From NCBI GenBank assembly GCA_012295275.1, contig CM022679.1:19902001-19966000 (forward strand): DNA of 64,000 nucleotides, read 5' to 3'. Shown one piece after another: positions 34,591-46,589 of the stretch. The position numbers and the translations under genes are program-made. This DNA is from Chrysomallon squamiferum. Lineage: Eukaryota; Animalia; Mollusca. The notes under the pieces were generated by a model. The model ran no database searches, was not told the origin of the DNA, and worked only from the letters and a program-made list of their open reading frames with translations. How positions within the stretch are numbered: the first letter of the stretch is position 1; every line of letters begins with the position of its first letter.

Positions 34591-35850
34591 GTTATATTAA
34601 TTATAATAACGAAAACATTTTCAAGCTTTCTTTTTTACTCCTAACAATAAAGGTAAATATCTCTTACTAATCTGTCTTATTTCATTTATCTGCTAAATTC
34701 ATTTAATTCATCTGTTAATTTAGACCTTTGGCAGTGAATGTACATCGATACTCACAATGGAGTAGTTTTGTTACTAATAAACTAATACTCTCACTCATTT
34801 TAGTTTAACTACAAATGTGTGTATTTGTATGTATGTTGAGAGAGAGAGAGAGAGAGAGGGAATTGCACTAGGAGGAAAAGAGAAATGGGTGGGATGGAAT
34901 GAGAAAGACAGACAGTCAGATATATTTAGATCAAATGTTACATTATTTAGTGATTCTTCAATAATAGCTGAATGTAAGAATCTTGCTTGATAAAAAGATA
35001 CACCCTGCAGTAAAACCAGAATCAGTATATCCATTTCATGTTTACTATAACAAATATACAAAAAATAAATACTGGCAATGTTCTTTCTCCATGATTGTTA
35101 ATAGTTATTAACTATAAGTTAATAATTGTGTGTTAATAACTGTTGTTAATGTAGGCATGCAATTAATAATAAAAAAAAAAATAATAATAAAAATAAAAGC
35201 TCATTGGCTGCTTATACTTTTCATGTAATAACACATTTTATTTAAAACAATTAGAAAAATTAGATTTTTTAAAAATATAATATTAAAAAATTCAGTAACA
35301 TAAATGAATATAATAACGATAAAGATAAAAATAAAATAATAAATTAAAATAATAATAATAAAATGAATAAAAACAATATTGAAAATAAACTACTTCTAAA
35401 TTTTAAGGTATATATGAAGATTACTGAAGATTTTACTGGATGCCTTAAAAAAGTTTTAACAACTTAATATATTGCAGAAAGTTGACAAATAAAATAAAAT
35501 TCCTTTGTTAAGTAAAATCCTGCATTATGAAATACACAGACTTCTAAATGGTATTTTAAATTCTTTGTCAATTAATATAATTCTTATCAGTTTATTAGAA
35601 AAATAATTTTTTATGAGCTATATTTAAAAAGCCTTGTGTAACATCCTTACAGAAGAAAAATATATATATGTAATGAAAGACACATAGGAACACACACTTG
35701 TATATATACAAGCAATCATTCACAATGTTTTTAATTATACTGTCTTTGAATTTCAACACATTTACCGAGATTACGAAAAAACACATACACAATAATTATA
35801 TCATAATTCAAAACATAAATAGAGCACATTCCATAAAACTGTCATACTTA

Positions 35851-36074
35851 TTAATTACTGGAATTATTTAATTTTTCTTCTAACAGTTTAATTATTTTTT
35901 CTTTTCCAAAGTCTCTTGCAATATCAATTGGTGTGAGGTCACCCATTTTAGCTGTTGGATCTGCTCCTGTGTTGAGCAGGGCTTTAACTATGTCTTCATT
36001 CCCTGAAATAAATTACACACAGAATCATTTCAAACATCTGTAAATAGTAAATGCAACTAGAATACACATGTACA

Positions 36075-36105
<31 letters not shown>

Positions 36106-36342
36106 CTGTCTGTCTGTCTGTCTGTTTGTATCTATCTATCTATCTAATAAATATATAACCAAAAACAACCCACTACAGTATAATTAGCTTTAAAACTAAA
36201 TGGACCAAAGCACTCTGTAATATATATTTAAACGGTTAACTTTAAAACAACTCCAATACCAAGAGATAAAATTAGAAAATGATTATTTATTTAACAATTA
36301 AACCATTCCGGAACCTGTGTCTTTAAATTCTTAAAAAGCTAC

Positions 36343-36373
<31 letters not shown>

Positions 36374-37410
36374 CACACAGAAACACACACATAATGTATT
36401 CTAGCTGTGTTTTGGTGTATGAAGACAAATAGAATGTATTGCTGTGTATAATGTTTGGCTGTTTTATAATTAAATTTATCTTTATTATTTTATCTGAACA
36501 TTGTTTTATTCAAATAGGCAGAACACTACAGACACAAAATTTCTCATTTTGCATATAATCAAATCAACAGACATGTTATTTACACTGTAAATAAATTTAT
36601 TTATTTATTTGCATTGTGGGAAATGTGCCAAACAGACGTCCATGGAAAATGAATGCCTCAGTGGTTTATCTCCCTTTATTACTCCCACAGGAATAATGTC
36701 TGTTTATGTGTCTATGCCAAACCTGTCTGGTTTTATCTATACTTTTTCTTTATTGATTGAGGGGGGGGGAGAAGAAATGAGTCATATTTAGTAGATATTA
36801 ACTTGTAGAATATATGTGTATGTCTGTTTGTGTTACTTGTTATTGTTTTTATCAAAAAGGAAATTACTCATAGTTATATTTTCATAACGTGTTACTAATG
36901 AACTTAATACTTGATAAAAAATAAATAAAAATTTTGGCCCTCAGATTTATAGTAAATTATTACAAAATTAAGTCACAAATGACTCAACTCATTATATATT
37001 TTTGTTTAAATTACTTCTCTTTTTATAATTTTTCTTTCTTTTTTCTTTCCTTTCTAAAGGACTTTTTATTTTATATATTCCATTTAATTTTTTTTTTTTT
37101 AACTGTTTTATTATTTTATTTATCATTATCCTATTTAACCTCATATGAAGTTATTTACACAATGTAGAACAGAACACTAAATAAAAACAAGGCACACCAG
37201 AAAAGAAATGTAACTTACCATGCATCACAGCCACATGTAAAGGTGTGGCATTTTCACACTGTGGGTTTGTGCAGTTCAGATCTATATTTTTACACTTGAG
37301 AAGTTGTAGTACAAGGGACAAACTGCCATTGTTTACTGCTGCATGCAATGGAGTGTTACCAGTGTCAGAAGGAAAATTTACATCTATCGATGCTTTTACC
37401 TAAGAAAAAA

Positions 37411-37448
<38 letters not shown>

Positions 37449-38037
37449 TTTTTTATTATTATTATTTAATTAAATATAAAATGTTTGTTAAATTTTTCTT
37501 TTTTACAATGAGTCTAAAATGTAGAATCCTTTACCTATAACAAAAATTGAAAAATTAAATATATTATATATCTAATATTTTCTCTTTTGTACATTGAGAT
37601 TAAATACATATATATATATATATATGTACGTCTATATATATATATATATAATGCACATAAAGTAATTAATAATTCTGATTAAATAACAAGATCACTAATT
37701 TCAAATAAAAAATACTAATACTCACTCTGGTAAGGAAATACTGAAGAATCTGACTCTGTCTGTGCATGACAGCTGAGAACACAACCGTACGGTTGTGATC
37801 ATCAATGGTTGAGAGATTTACATGACCTCTTACAACCAGATAATGAACAACATCTACATAGCCCAGTCTGAAAAATAGAAAATAATAAATACCCAGTGTT
37901 CCTCAAATTGTCAGTTTAATTATTGTTTTTTAATTCTGAAGACACTTAAAACTTAGAAATTTTTAACTATTTTATTAATTTTATTTCTACTACATTTGTG
38001 GTTTATATCAACACAGATAATAATAATAATAATAATA

Positions 38038-38083
<46 letters not shown>

Positions 38084-39333
38084 TTTAATGGCTTTTTAGT
38101 CCCAAAACAAGGTTTAAGAACAGATATGATTAAATATGGTTAATCTGCTTTTAGGCTTAGTTATATATTTTTTTTTATCATTTGTTTTTAGGGTGGATTT
38201 CGGAAAGATCATAACATTACTTTATTCACTGTTATTACATCACTGAAAAACAACAGTATAAAAGATAATCTTCTACATTATAACACGAACCTGATAGCTT
38301 GATGAAATCTCTGTTGATGAACAGTACTATCTGAGCATGTATTTGGAACTGGAGATGCAGACTTCACTCCAACACGACCAGTGAGATTCCTATAAAAGTT
38401 CACAATAGCTGTCCACATGCTAACTAGAGCGAAAGATCGGGTTGCCAGGAGCCACTGAGCATACTGCCGATTTCTTGTTGAGCACTTTACATCTGATAGC
38501 AGCTTCTTGTAATGATCTGTACGCTCTGATATGAGAATGTCAAGGTAATCAAGGAATATGTGTGGTCCTTTTAAGCTGACTAGTTTTCCAGGATATTCCC
38601 TTAGAATTGCTGAAGCAAAATGGAGAATGTCACAGTGAAGAACTTTCCCAGCTTCTTTGCCTACAGCAAAGGCTAAACCAATTTCTGACAACAAAATATC
38701 GTGTTCCATTTTAAAAATATCATGTTTTTGAGGATCAGGAAATTCAGAAATCCAGAAGTGGGCAAACTGAACGAAATTATCCTCCAGATTGCAGTACTGA
38801 GTTAGATTAGCAACACCCTCATTAGCTCTTCCTAACCATCCTGCAATGATGGTGGCATCCATATAGCACATCATTTCATCAAAGTTTCTAGGTCCATATG
38901 CAGAATTATCCTGTTTGACACTCACAGATTCATTAATACCATTGGCTTCATTTGACTGATTATTCTGCACAGGTGGGAGAGCAAATGGCTTTGGGATTTC
39001 ATGTCTCGGAGGAAAGGTGGCAAGAGCTTTCTTTTTTCTCTTCTTGTTGTTGTATTTTTTCACTAATACTTTATTGGCATTGACATCAGCACAAGCACCC
39101 TGCTCTGTTGGAGATCCATTTATCACTACTCCAGAATCAGGAGATACAATTCTGTGAATACTATTTTTAGAAATTGAAGAACGACAGCTCTCAGATCCAC
39201 TGCTGCTAATGGAAAAGTTATCAAAATCTCCCACTAATACATCTTCATCACTTATCACCTCTTCATCACTATCACGAACTGTAAGTCTGGACACACAAAT
39301 GAGGTCACGCAAATCCTTAATACCACGACTCAT
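35851..39333 (-). CDS. FAM220/SIPAR-like domain plus ankyrin-repeat protein (505 aa, 4 coding exons)
   Basis: Exons 38291-39333, 37726-37867, 37219-37399 and 35851-36002 total 1518 nt. Ankyrin motifs: GYVDVVHYL, NRTVVFSAV, GNTPLHAAVNNG, ATPLHVAVMHGNEDIVKALLNTGAD, LTPIDIA. The segment SAILREYPGKLVS...IFLDYL...YKKLL...LLATRSFAL resembles the C-terminus of human FAM220A as I recall it. Basic NLS-like KKRKKK near 39030-39045. Confidence 0.88.
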
Positions 39334-39413
39334 AATGCTAAATTAAATTAATACAATTTTTTTTTTCTAATTAGCTTTTTATTTTCTATTTTTTAATTAT
39401 TCTTATTTTTATA

Positions 39414-39602
39414 TTAAGGAAAGTGATCCAACTGAATTTCTACTCTAACTCGGATATCAAAGGCAAGAAATACAATAGTTATTAAACTAGGCAATCGGAA
39501 TTTTAAACGCCAAGCAAACTGAAAAAAGAACATCAAAGTTTTAGACAATGATGTTGCAAATTCAGCATAATTGGCATCAGCATATGATCTTATATCAGAC
39601 AT
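39414..39602 (-). CDS. SMIM10/SAGSIN1 (DUF4560)-like small membrane microprotein, 62 aa, upstream of the FAM220-ankyrin ORF
   Basis: MSDIRSYADANYAEFATSLSKTLMFFFQFAWRLKFRLPSLITIVFLAFDIRVRVEIQLDHFP matches the remembered SMIM10-family pattern Y-x-x-F-x-x-x-L-[ST]-[RK]-T-L-x-x-F-F-x-x-A-W-R-L-[RK]-x-x-x-P...[ND]-[VI]-R-x-x-V. Confidence 0.72.
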   Translation of the reverse strand: MSDIRSYADANYAEFATSLSKTLMFFFQFAWRLKFRLPSLITIVFLAFDIRVRVEIQLDHFP

Positions 39603-39684
39603 GGAGTCATTTGTAGATTTACATGCAAATAATTTTAAAAAATTGTTTAGTTATTAAATATTTAAATGCTTTCATCATCCAGGA

Positions 39685-39828
39685 TCAGTCATCACTGAGC
39701 CAAACTGTACTAGAGACTGTGACAAAAACAATAGTGTGGACCTGCTCCCATGCCAACTGGAATAAAAACAGCAATAACTCTTTGAGAACTGGCTTGCAAA
39801 CTGTGTCTCTACAGAGATTAGTATCCAT
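39685..39828 (-). CDS. Second small leader ORF (47 aa), SMIM10-like core LLLFLFQLAW
   Basis: MDTNLCRDTVCKPVLKELLLFLFQLAWEQVHTIVFVTVSSTVWLSDD*. It starts 9 nt after a CAG acceptor at 39838-39840 in a good context (tccATGG). It shares F-x-F-Q-x-A-W and TIVF with the 62-aa ORF and falls below the ORF-track size cutoff. Confidence 0.45.
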   Translation of the reverse strand: MDTNLCRDTVCKPVLKELLLFLFQLAWEQVHTIVFVTVSSTVWLSDD

Positions 39829-40444
39829 GGATTGAAACTGAAAACAAATATAAAAATAAAGTAATAAATAAAATAAAAAATTAACTACAGACTAAAGTTT
39901 ATATTCCTTTAATTATTTATTGTAACTATTACATATTCAAAGTATTAATAAAAGTATATACATTTCTATATTTTTCCCCCTTTTATTTTGCAAGTTGTTT
40001 AATTCATTAAGTGTACCCAGTAAAATAGTGACTAATTGTCAGTAACAAAATTTCTTAATGTGTTGATATGATATAAAATTACATTATCTCCACATACACA
40101 GATACTCACATTCGTTCCAAAATTTAAACATCCAAAAATTAACAAAAGTAAATGTAGTATGCCAGAAGTGGACACTTATATATATCATATATTATATGGT
40201 ACTGTTTTTTTTTTCACTGTCTAAATGAAATGGGGTTATGTGCAATATGAAGCCTTTTATGATCATATACAAACAAATCGCAAATATGTTATTATAAATA
40301 TAAACGAATTTCGGTAAATCTTTGATCAGTATGATTGTATCAACTATCATGTATGATTACGTGAAACTTGACTGTCACCTCTAGAAAGAAAAATAATGTA
40401 TCAAATTATTGCAAAATAATAAGTAAAACACTAATGAAAAATAC

Positions 40445-41320
40445 CTTTTCTGTGCATAATTTCTGAATGATCAACAGTATTCAAATTATATATAATGAAC
40501 AAAAGCTAAATTTTCCGAAATAATAATTGAAACTGTTGACAACGTCGTCAAGCAGGAAATGATTGTTTCTTTAATCTGCCATAAATCCCTCTCCAAGTTA
40601 TTGAGCTCCGAAGCAAAGCATAAAATAATTATATAGATATTATTTCCGAATATAGGAAAAAATACTATATAATTTAGCAATGACATTTTGAAATCAACAT
40701 GTTATTATTATTTTCTTCTTTTTTTTTTTTTTTACAAACAGTTCCTTTCTAAAAGGAAAATGTATTTAATTTTATTAGATGTTTTTTAACCAATACATTT
40801 TTGTTATCGTGTAAATTTCTGATACCACAGTAATATTTTATTATTATTAATTAATTAATTAAGTTTAAAAATAAGTGACAATTTTCACGTATGAACATGG
40901 GTTCAAGACTCTGATAAAAGAAAACACTTCTAGAAGTTCTACTTGACACTTTATGACACTTAATTACTGACTTGCCACACTTCCATGTAATTATCTAGTT
41001 GCAAAACTTGATCAAGATATATAAATGATATAGGAATGATTTACAAATTATTAACGGTCAAAGATAACTTTTCTGAACAATTATAAGGCCACATAAACTG
41101 CTCCTCAAGCGTACAAATTCTCACTATTAGGGTTTATCGTAAGATAAAGCACCGGAAATAAACTTTCGACAGCCTGTGCTCGTGTTTGGCATACGATCTC
41201 TTTTTTTTTTTACTTTCCACGGGTGATAATAGTGTGTGTCATCGCAGAAAAATATAAAAAAGTTTTTTTAGTTTTCACTAAAGGCACAGTTTAAACTTAT
41301 ATAATAAATCAAATAAGAAA
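40445..41320. promoter_or_regulatory. Putative bidirectional promoter between the FAM220-ankyrin gene (-) and DCXR (+)
   Basis: The two genes are head-to-head. There is a minus-strand donor at 40443-40444 for a leader exon, CpGs are retained here, and an ETS-type ACCGGAAAT lies at 41151-41159. Confidence 0.55.
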
Positions 41321-41429
41321 ATGGAAATTAAATTTGACGGGAAAAGAGCACTGGTTACAGGCGCTGGTAAAGGTAATGTAGCTGGCGATTAAGAGCAACA
41401 GGGTAACGGTCCTTTGAAAGTTTGATCTC

Positions 41430-41486
<57 letters not shown>

Positions 41487-42097
41487 CTTGTAATGAATAT
41501 TTAGTTAGAAGCTAACGACTTTCCATAGAAACGATTGGACGCTTGAATTTTTCACTTCGCCTGTTGTGACAATACGCTCTTGCCATACATTTAAAATTAT
41601 GGCTTATTTTATCCTGCATAACATTCAACTCGTTAATACGTAAACAAGTGGGATAGGCATACACTATATATCAAAAATTAATGAAACATAAACTGCGATA
41701 TTACCAGTATTTTATACAGAATTAAGAAATACATATTTTTAGTCAGTTAATTAAGGTGTCAACTATCATATATGAGTATTAATTACATTGTACAGATATA
41801 ACACTGATGTAAAAATGATTGTAGGACTTAATAAAGAAAACATAAGCAACATATCCACTCCATTATCATATACATAACATATATTTTTGTCTTACTTGTT
41901 GTGAATTCTGTTAGATGCATGTTTCAGGTATTGGAAGAGCAACAGCTATAGCACTAGCAAAGTGTGGAGCTGAAACCATAGCTCTCAGCAGAACTCAGTC
42001 TGATTTAGATAGTTTGAAAGCAGAGGTACAGTAATAGCATAAATTATTTTAATTGTTTTAAACTTAAATAAATAACATATAATTATATATATATATA

Positions 42098-42142
<45 letters not shown>

Positions 42143-44245
42143 CACAGTAAAACCCCTCAAAACAGACAGTCATGGGACCAAGAACTTAGTCTGGTTTTGA
42201 GAAGTATCTGGTTACAGAGGTTTCTCTGTTGAGATAAACTGTTGGTTGATTGGTTGGTGTTCTCTTCTGATAAATTAACTAATAAAGCTGTCAGATAAAC
42301 AATCAAATTTGAAAAACAATACAGGAGAAGTAAAAATTATAACTACTGTAGCTATCACTACATTTGCAGGACAAGTCAAAATTATAACTACTATAAGTAT
42401 AACTATATTTACAAGAGAAGTCAAACCTGTAACCACTGTAGCTATCACAATATTTACAGGAGAATTGAAAATAGTGACCACTGTATTTATAACTATATGT
42501 ATCTTAGCCAGCCATTGTATTGACACTCTGCAGTTTACAGGTTCCTTCTATCCAGACTGTGTGTGCTGATGTGGGGAAGTGGGAGGAAGTGAGAAATGTT
42601 GTGAAGTCTCTTGGTCCCATTCATCTGCTGGTTAACAACGCTGCTGTAGCTGTTATGGTTCCATTCCTTGAAATCACAGAGCAGCAGTTCGATAAGTGAG
42701 TAAATTTTCTTTAAAAGTTTTGGTGTTTCAATCATGTTAGACCAAAAAGTGATGAGTATTTTACAGACATACCTTCTAACAGATGTAAGTTAATACAGAA
42801 CTTACTATAGAGGATATTGTAAAGCTGGAGTTCAGCTCAAAATAATATTAAGGTGAGAGTATACAAGATTAGTGAAAGAAGCAAAATCATTGTAATGACC
42901 ACAGAGAGCTGATATTTTGATGTGAACTTCATACATATGAGTCTTAAAATGTAAAATGAACCAAAGTTGATTTATATAAATGATTATTTACTGTTGCAAG
43001 CTACTTATAATAATTACATTGTGATTAAGTCAGAATGGGTCACTACTATAAAAAGTCAACAGTGCCATAGTATTTATTATTTTTGTTATGTATAAAGGAA
43101 CATGCATGTAGAGATTGTAAAGCAGTGATGCTGTCATCACAGTTGGATAATGTAAACAACACAGTAGTTTGTCTTAGTATCATTATATATGAATTAGTTG
43201 CAGATGATATCTAAACCTGATTTGTCTTCAAACATAATCAGAATAGTGATCTTGTCTTTAAACAACATTTTAATAATTAATTTTTTTTCATCAGTACTGA
43301 TATTTTACTAATTTACTTCAGTTATTATTATAAAGGATGCAGTAAAAATTAATTATTTACGGGGGGTAGGAAACACCTAATGCCAGGTATATTGTGCTAA
43401 AGATCTTAGCAATTCTGATACAGTTATTTAGTTTAATTATTATTTTAAGTAAAAGTAATGTTAATATTTATGTATATCCACATGTGTGTTTGCATGTGTT
43501 TCTAAATGTATATGTGTCTATGTGTCTATGCTATTTGTATCTCTATCAGTGTATGTGTATATGTATGAATATCTGTATATGTATGAATATGTGCATGTGT
43601 GATAATATATGGTGTGTATATGTGTATGTGTGAATGTACATCTGCCTATGAGTATAAATGTACACTGTATATTGCGACATGTTATATTTTCTCTATCTGT
43701 TATCCAGTTAAGAAGAGATTGAAAAAAAAAACGTATCTCCTATCACCTGATATCAGACTGTCAGTATGTAAACAGTTATCTGTTGCAGTGTCGAGTCAGA
43801 GTATCTAAGTACACCCAGCAGTGTCTGACAGAATTGGATGTGAAGCTTCTCTATCAAGCAGTATTGGCTATAATGTCTTAAAACCAGACAGCCTGTCACA
43901 TTAATGTGCATTTTCTAAGTTAGCAGAAAATGTTGTTGTAATAGCCAAACATTTTGACCTTCTAATAAAAATGTGTCATGAGACAGTGCAAACATTTTGA
44001 ATCAAGAGAAGACTTAGTAATAAAGAATGTTTAAAACAAATTATATAGATGATTGTTTTGAGTTATTTCTGTTTAAATTTGGCGAGAGGATTATACATGG
44101 GCATCGGCATAGTTTTTGATTATTTTTGTTAATATTGGTTTATTCTATTAAAAAAAATCTCTGACCTGTATAAATTATTATGTATAATGAATTTTATTCA
44201 TACATGTAATTAATCAAATTTAAAAAAAAAATATAACCATCATCA

Positions 44246-44287
<42 letters not shown>

Positions 44288-46589
44288 TACTACTACTACT
44301 ACTACTACTACTATATGTTTTCTTGTTGTTGTTTTATTTTCATTATTTTTTTCAGCCAATTTGATATCAATGTAAAAGCTATAGTCAATGTTTCTCAGGT
44401 AAACAACTTTTTCAGTTTATTTTATTCTTAAACAGTTTGTGAAAAAACTAAAAATAGCTATCACAAGTTGATAAAGTAACTTCACTGAAAGCAGTTAAGC
44501 ATGCTACTTCAACAGTAGTGTCATTTGAAGTACATTAATCGTCCCCTTTACTCATGTAATGGATGCCCCACAATGAAACCATGATAATCAAATATAAAAA
44601 TACAGGTGAAATAAACCAATTCATGCAATGTTTTAAAAGTCATTTCTCTTTTTTTCACTGATGTATAATTACTCATATTTTAAAATAAAAGGAATTTAAA
44701 AAATATAAATAAATAAAAATGAAAAAAGAAAGAAAGAACGAAAAAGAAAATTAGTTTAAAGTACATTTTTTCTCTCTCTTTTGGAAGTCAAGTTTTTGTA
44801 AGGCATTTTCTTCATAGTTTTCCTTAACAATATTTAGAAATTCTGTTATAAAATGATTTGGCAGCATCTTGAAGTGCCCTGACAGATTCTAAAGTTCTGT
44901 AGTGTTTTGAAAGATCTATAAAATGTCTTCCATCTCTTCATTACCTGCTTTTAGAGTAGGAAATTTCAAAGTTGTTCGATTTTTTAAATTTTATTATTTT
45001 TACCTTGACCTTAGGTGAAATTTATCCTGTTGTAAATAAAACCAAGAAGTAATTCACATGACAAATTGTTAATTTTAAAAATGAGTTTATCTGAAAACTG
45101 AATCATTTAACTACACCACTGAGCATATTGATTTCTTTTCTGCTATCCTTTAACACTAGTGTGATAGAATGCCAGTTCATTTTCTGAATGTCAGCTATCT
45201 GATGGTTCCGACATGTAGTATCAAGGAAAAATCTACAATTTTCCATTTGCAGCCAGCTTGTACAATTGTTTGTCATTTATTCACGACTTTCTTCTGTATT
45301 AATTGTTATTAGTTTTATAACCACATAAAAAATATGATCTATGATAAGCCTAAGATTAAGGTCTGGTTGCCATGAAAGCTGAATGACAATAGTTTTCATA
45401 GAAAAATGGAGTCCTCTGAGATTTGAGATAATATTTGAATTTTATATAACAGTTTTCTGTGTTTTTAGGTTGTCGTTAAGGGTATGGTGGACAGAGGTGA
45501 AGGTGGTGCTATTGTCAATGTTTCCAGTATTGCCTCCACTATAGCCTTAGACAGTCACACTATATATAGTGCTTCCAAGGCTGCTGTTGATATGATCACA
45601 AAAACAATGGCTTTTGAACTTGGGAAAAAAAATGTAAGCATGTATGCATAGAGAAACATAATTAAAGCAAGACAGAAATACATATAATAATAAATGGAGA
45701 GACAGCAATAAGAGATTGACAGAGAAAGGAGTAGGTGTTACTTTTTTATATTTGTTTTGTTTAATACAGACAAAGTACTATTGTTCCTAATTTAAGACAA
45801 TACAGTAATAACACAAATTAGTGGAAGGACAGATAATTATAATTAAAAATGCTGTCACTGTATGTTTATTTTTTTTATAAACAATATAACTGACAAACAA
45901 ATGAAATAACATTACTGTTCAAAATTTCTTATTTCTTATTTGTTGAGATGTATGTAAAACTGATAGTACCAGATGGCAAAAAGTTGTATTGGGTTATGCA
46001 TGAGTAAATGGAATATTGCTATTTTAATTCTGTTTTCTCAGATCCGTGTAAACAGCGTAAACCCCACAGTGGTGTTAACAGCGATGGGTAAACGTAATTG
46101 GTCTGATCCAGAAAAAGCACAAACTGAGCTGGCACTAATTCCACAGAGACGATTTGCAGGTTTGTTTTTATACTTGATTACAATTATACCAGGTTTTTTT
46201 TTTTTTCAAATCACCTAGTACATTTAATTTAAAAAATAAATTAAAAAAATAAACTGTTTCATAAATAGTTACAAGAAAATATTGATTATAATGTTAATAT
46301 TTTGTTGATCACAACATTTGTTATTTATTTGTTATACTCATTTTTTAATTTTTTATTATTATGTTGTTGAGTTACTTCATTTCAATTAATTTTGATTTAA
46401 TTTAATTTTATTGTGATCTCTTAATATAATCACAGCAATCATGATTTAATAAGGTCAAATGTGTCATTGTCTTTTTCACTTACAGAAGTACATGAAGTTG
46501 TGGACGCCATCTTGTTTCTTCTGAGTGACAAAGCCACCATGATTAATGGAGCATTCCTTCCTGTAGATGGTGGAAGACTTGTACATTGA
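41321..46589 (+). CDS. DCXR: L-xylulose reductase / dicarbonyl reductase (SDR family), 244 aa, 7 exons
   Basis: Exons 41321-41372, 41928-42025, 42541-42695, 44356-44398, 45469-45633, 46042-46159 and 46486-46589 total 735 nt. Motifs: [10 protein letters not shown] (NAD(P) binding), [27 protein letters not shown], catalytic [36 protein letters not shown]. Confidence 0.96.
42145..42228. mobile_element. Short degenerate MITE-like element (CAGT-terminated, Tc1/pogo-type ends) in DCXR intron 2
   Basis: Begins CAGTAAAACCCCTC and ends GAGGTTTCTCTG (imperfect inverted ends); internal inverted pair CTCAAAACAGAC / GTCTGGTTTTGAG. Confidence 0.4.
42320..42498. repeat. 45-bp minisatellite, 4 copies, DCXR intron 2
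   Basis: Unit approximately tacaggagaagtcaaaattataactactgtagctatcactatatt. Confidence 0.85.

Noticed and set aside
42275-42569. ORFs on both strands with a 15-aa repeat
   Set aside because: 45-bp minisatellite in DCXR intron 2; the DCXR model is complete at 244 aa without it.
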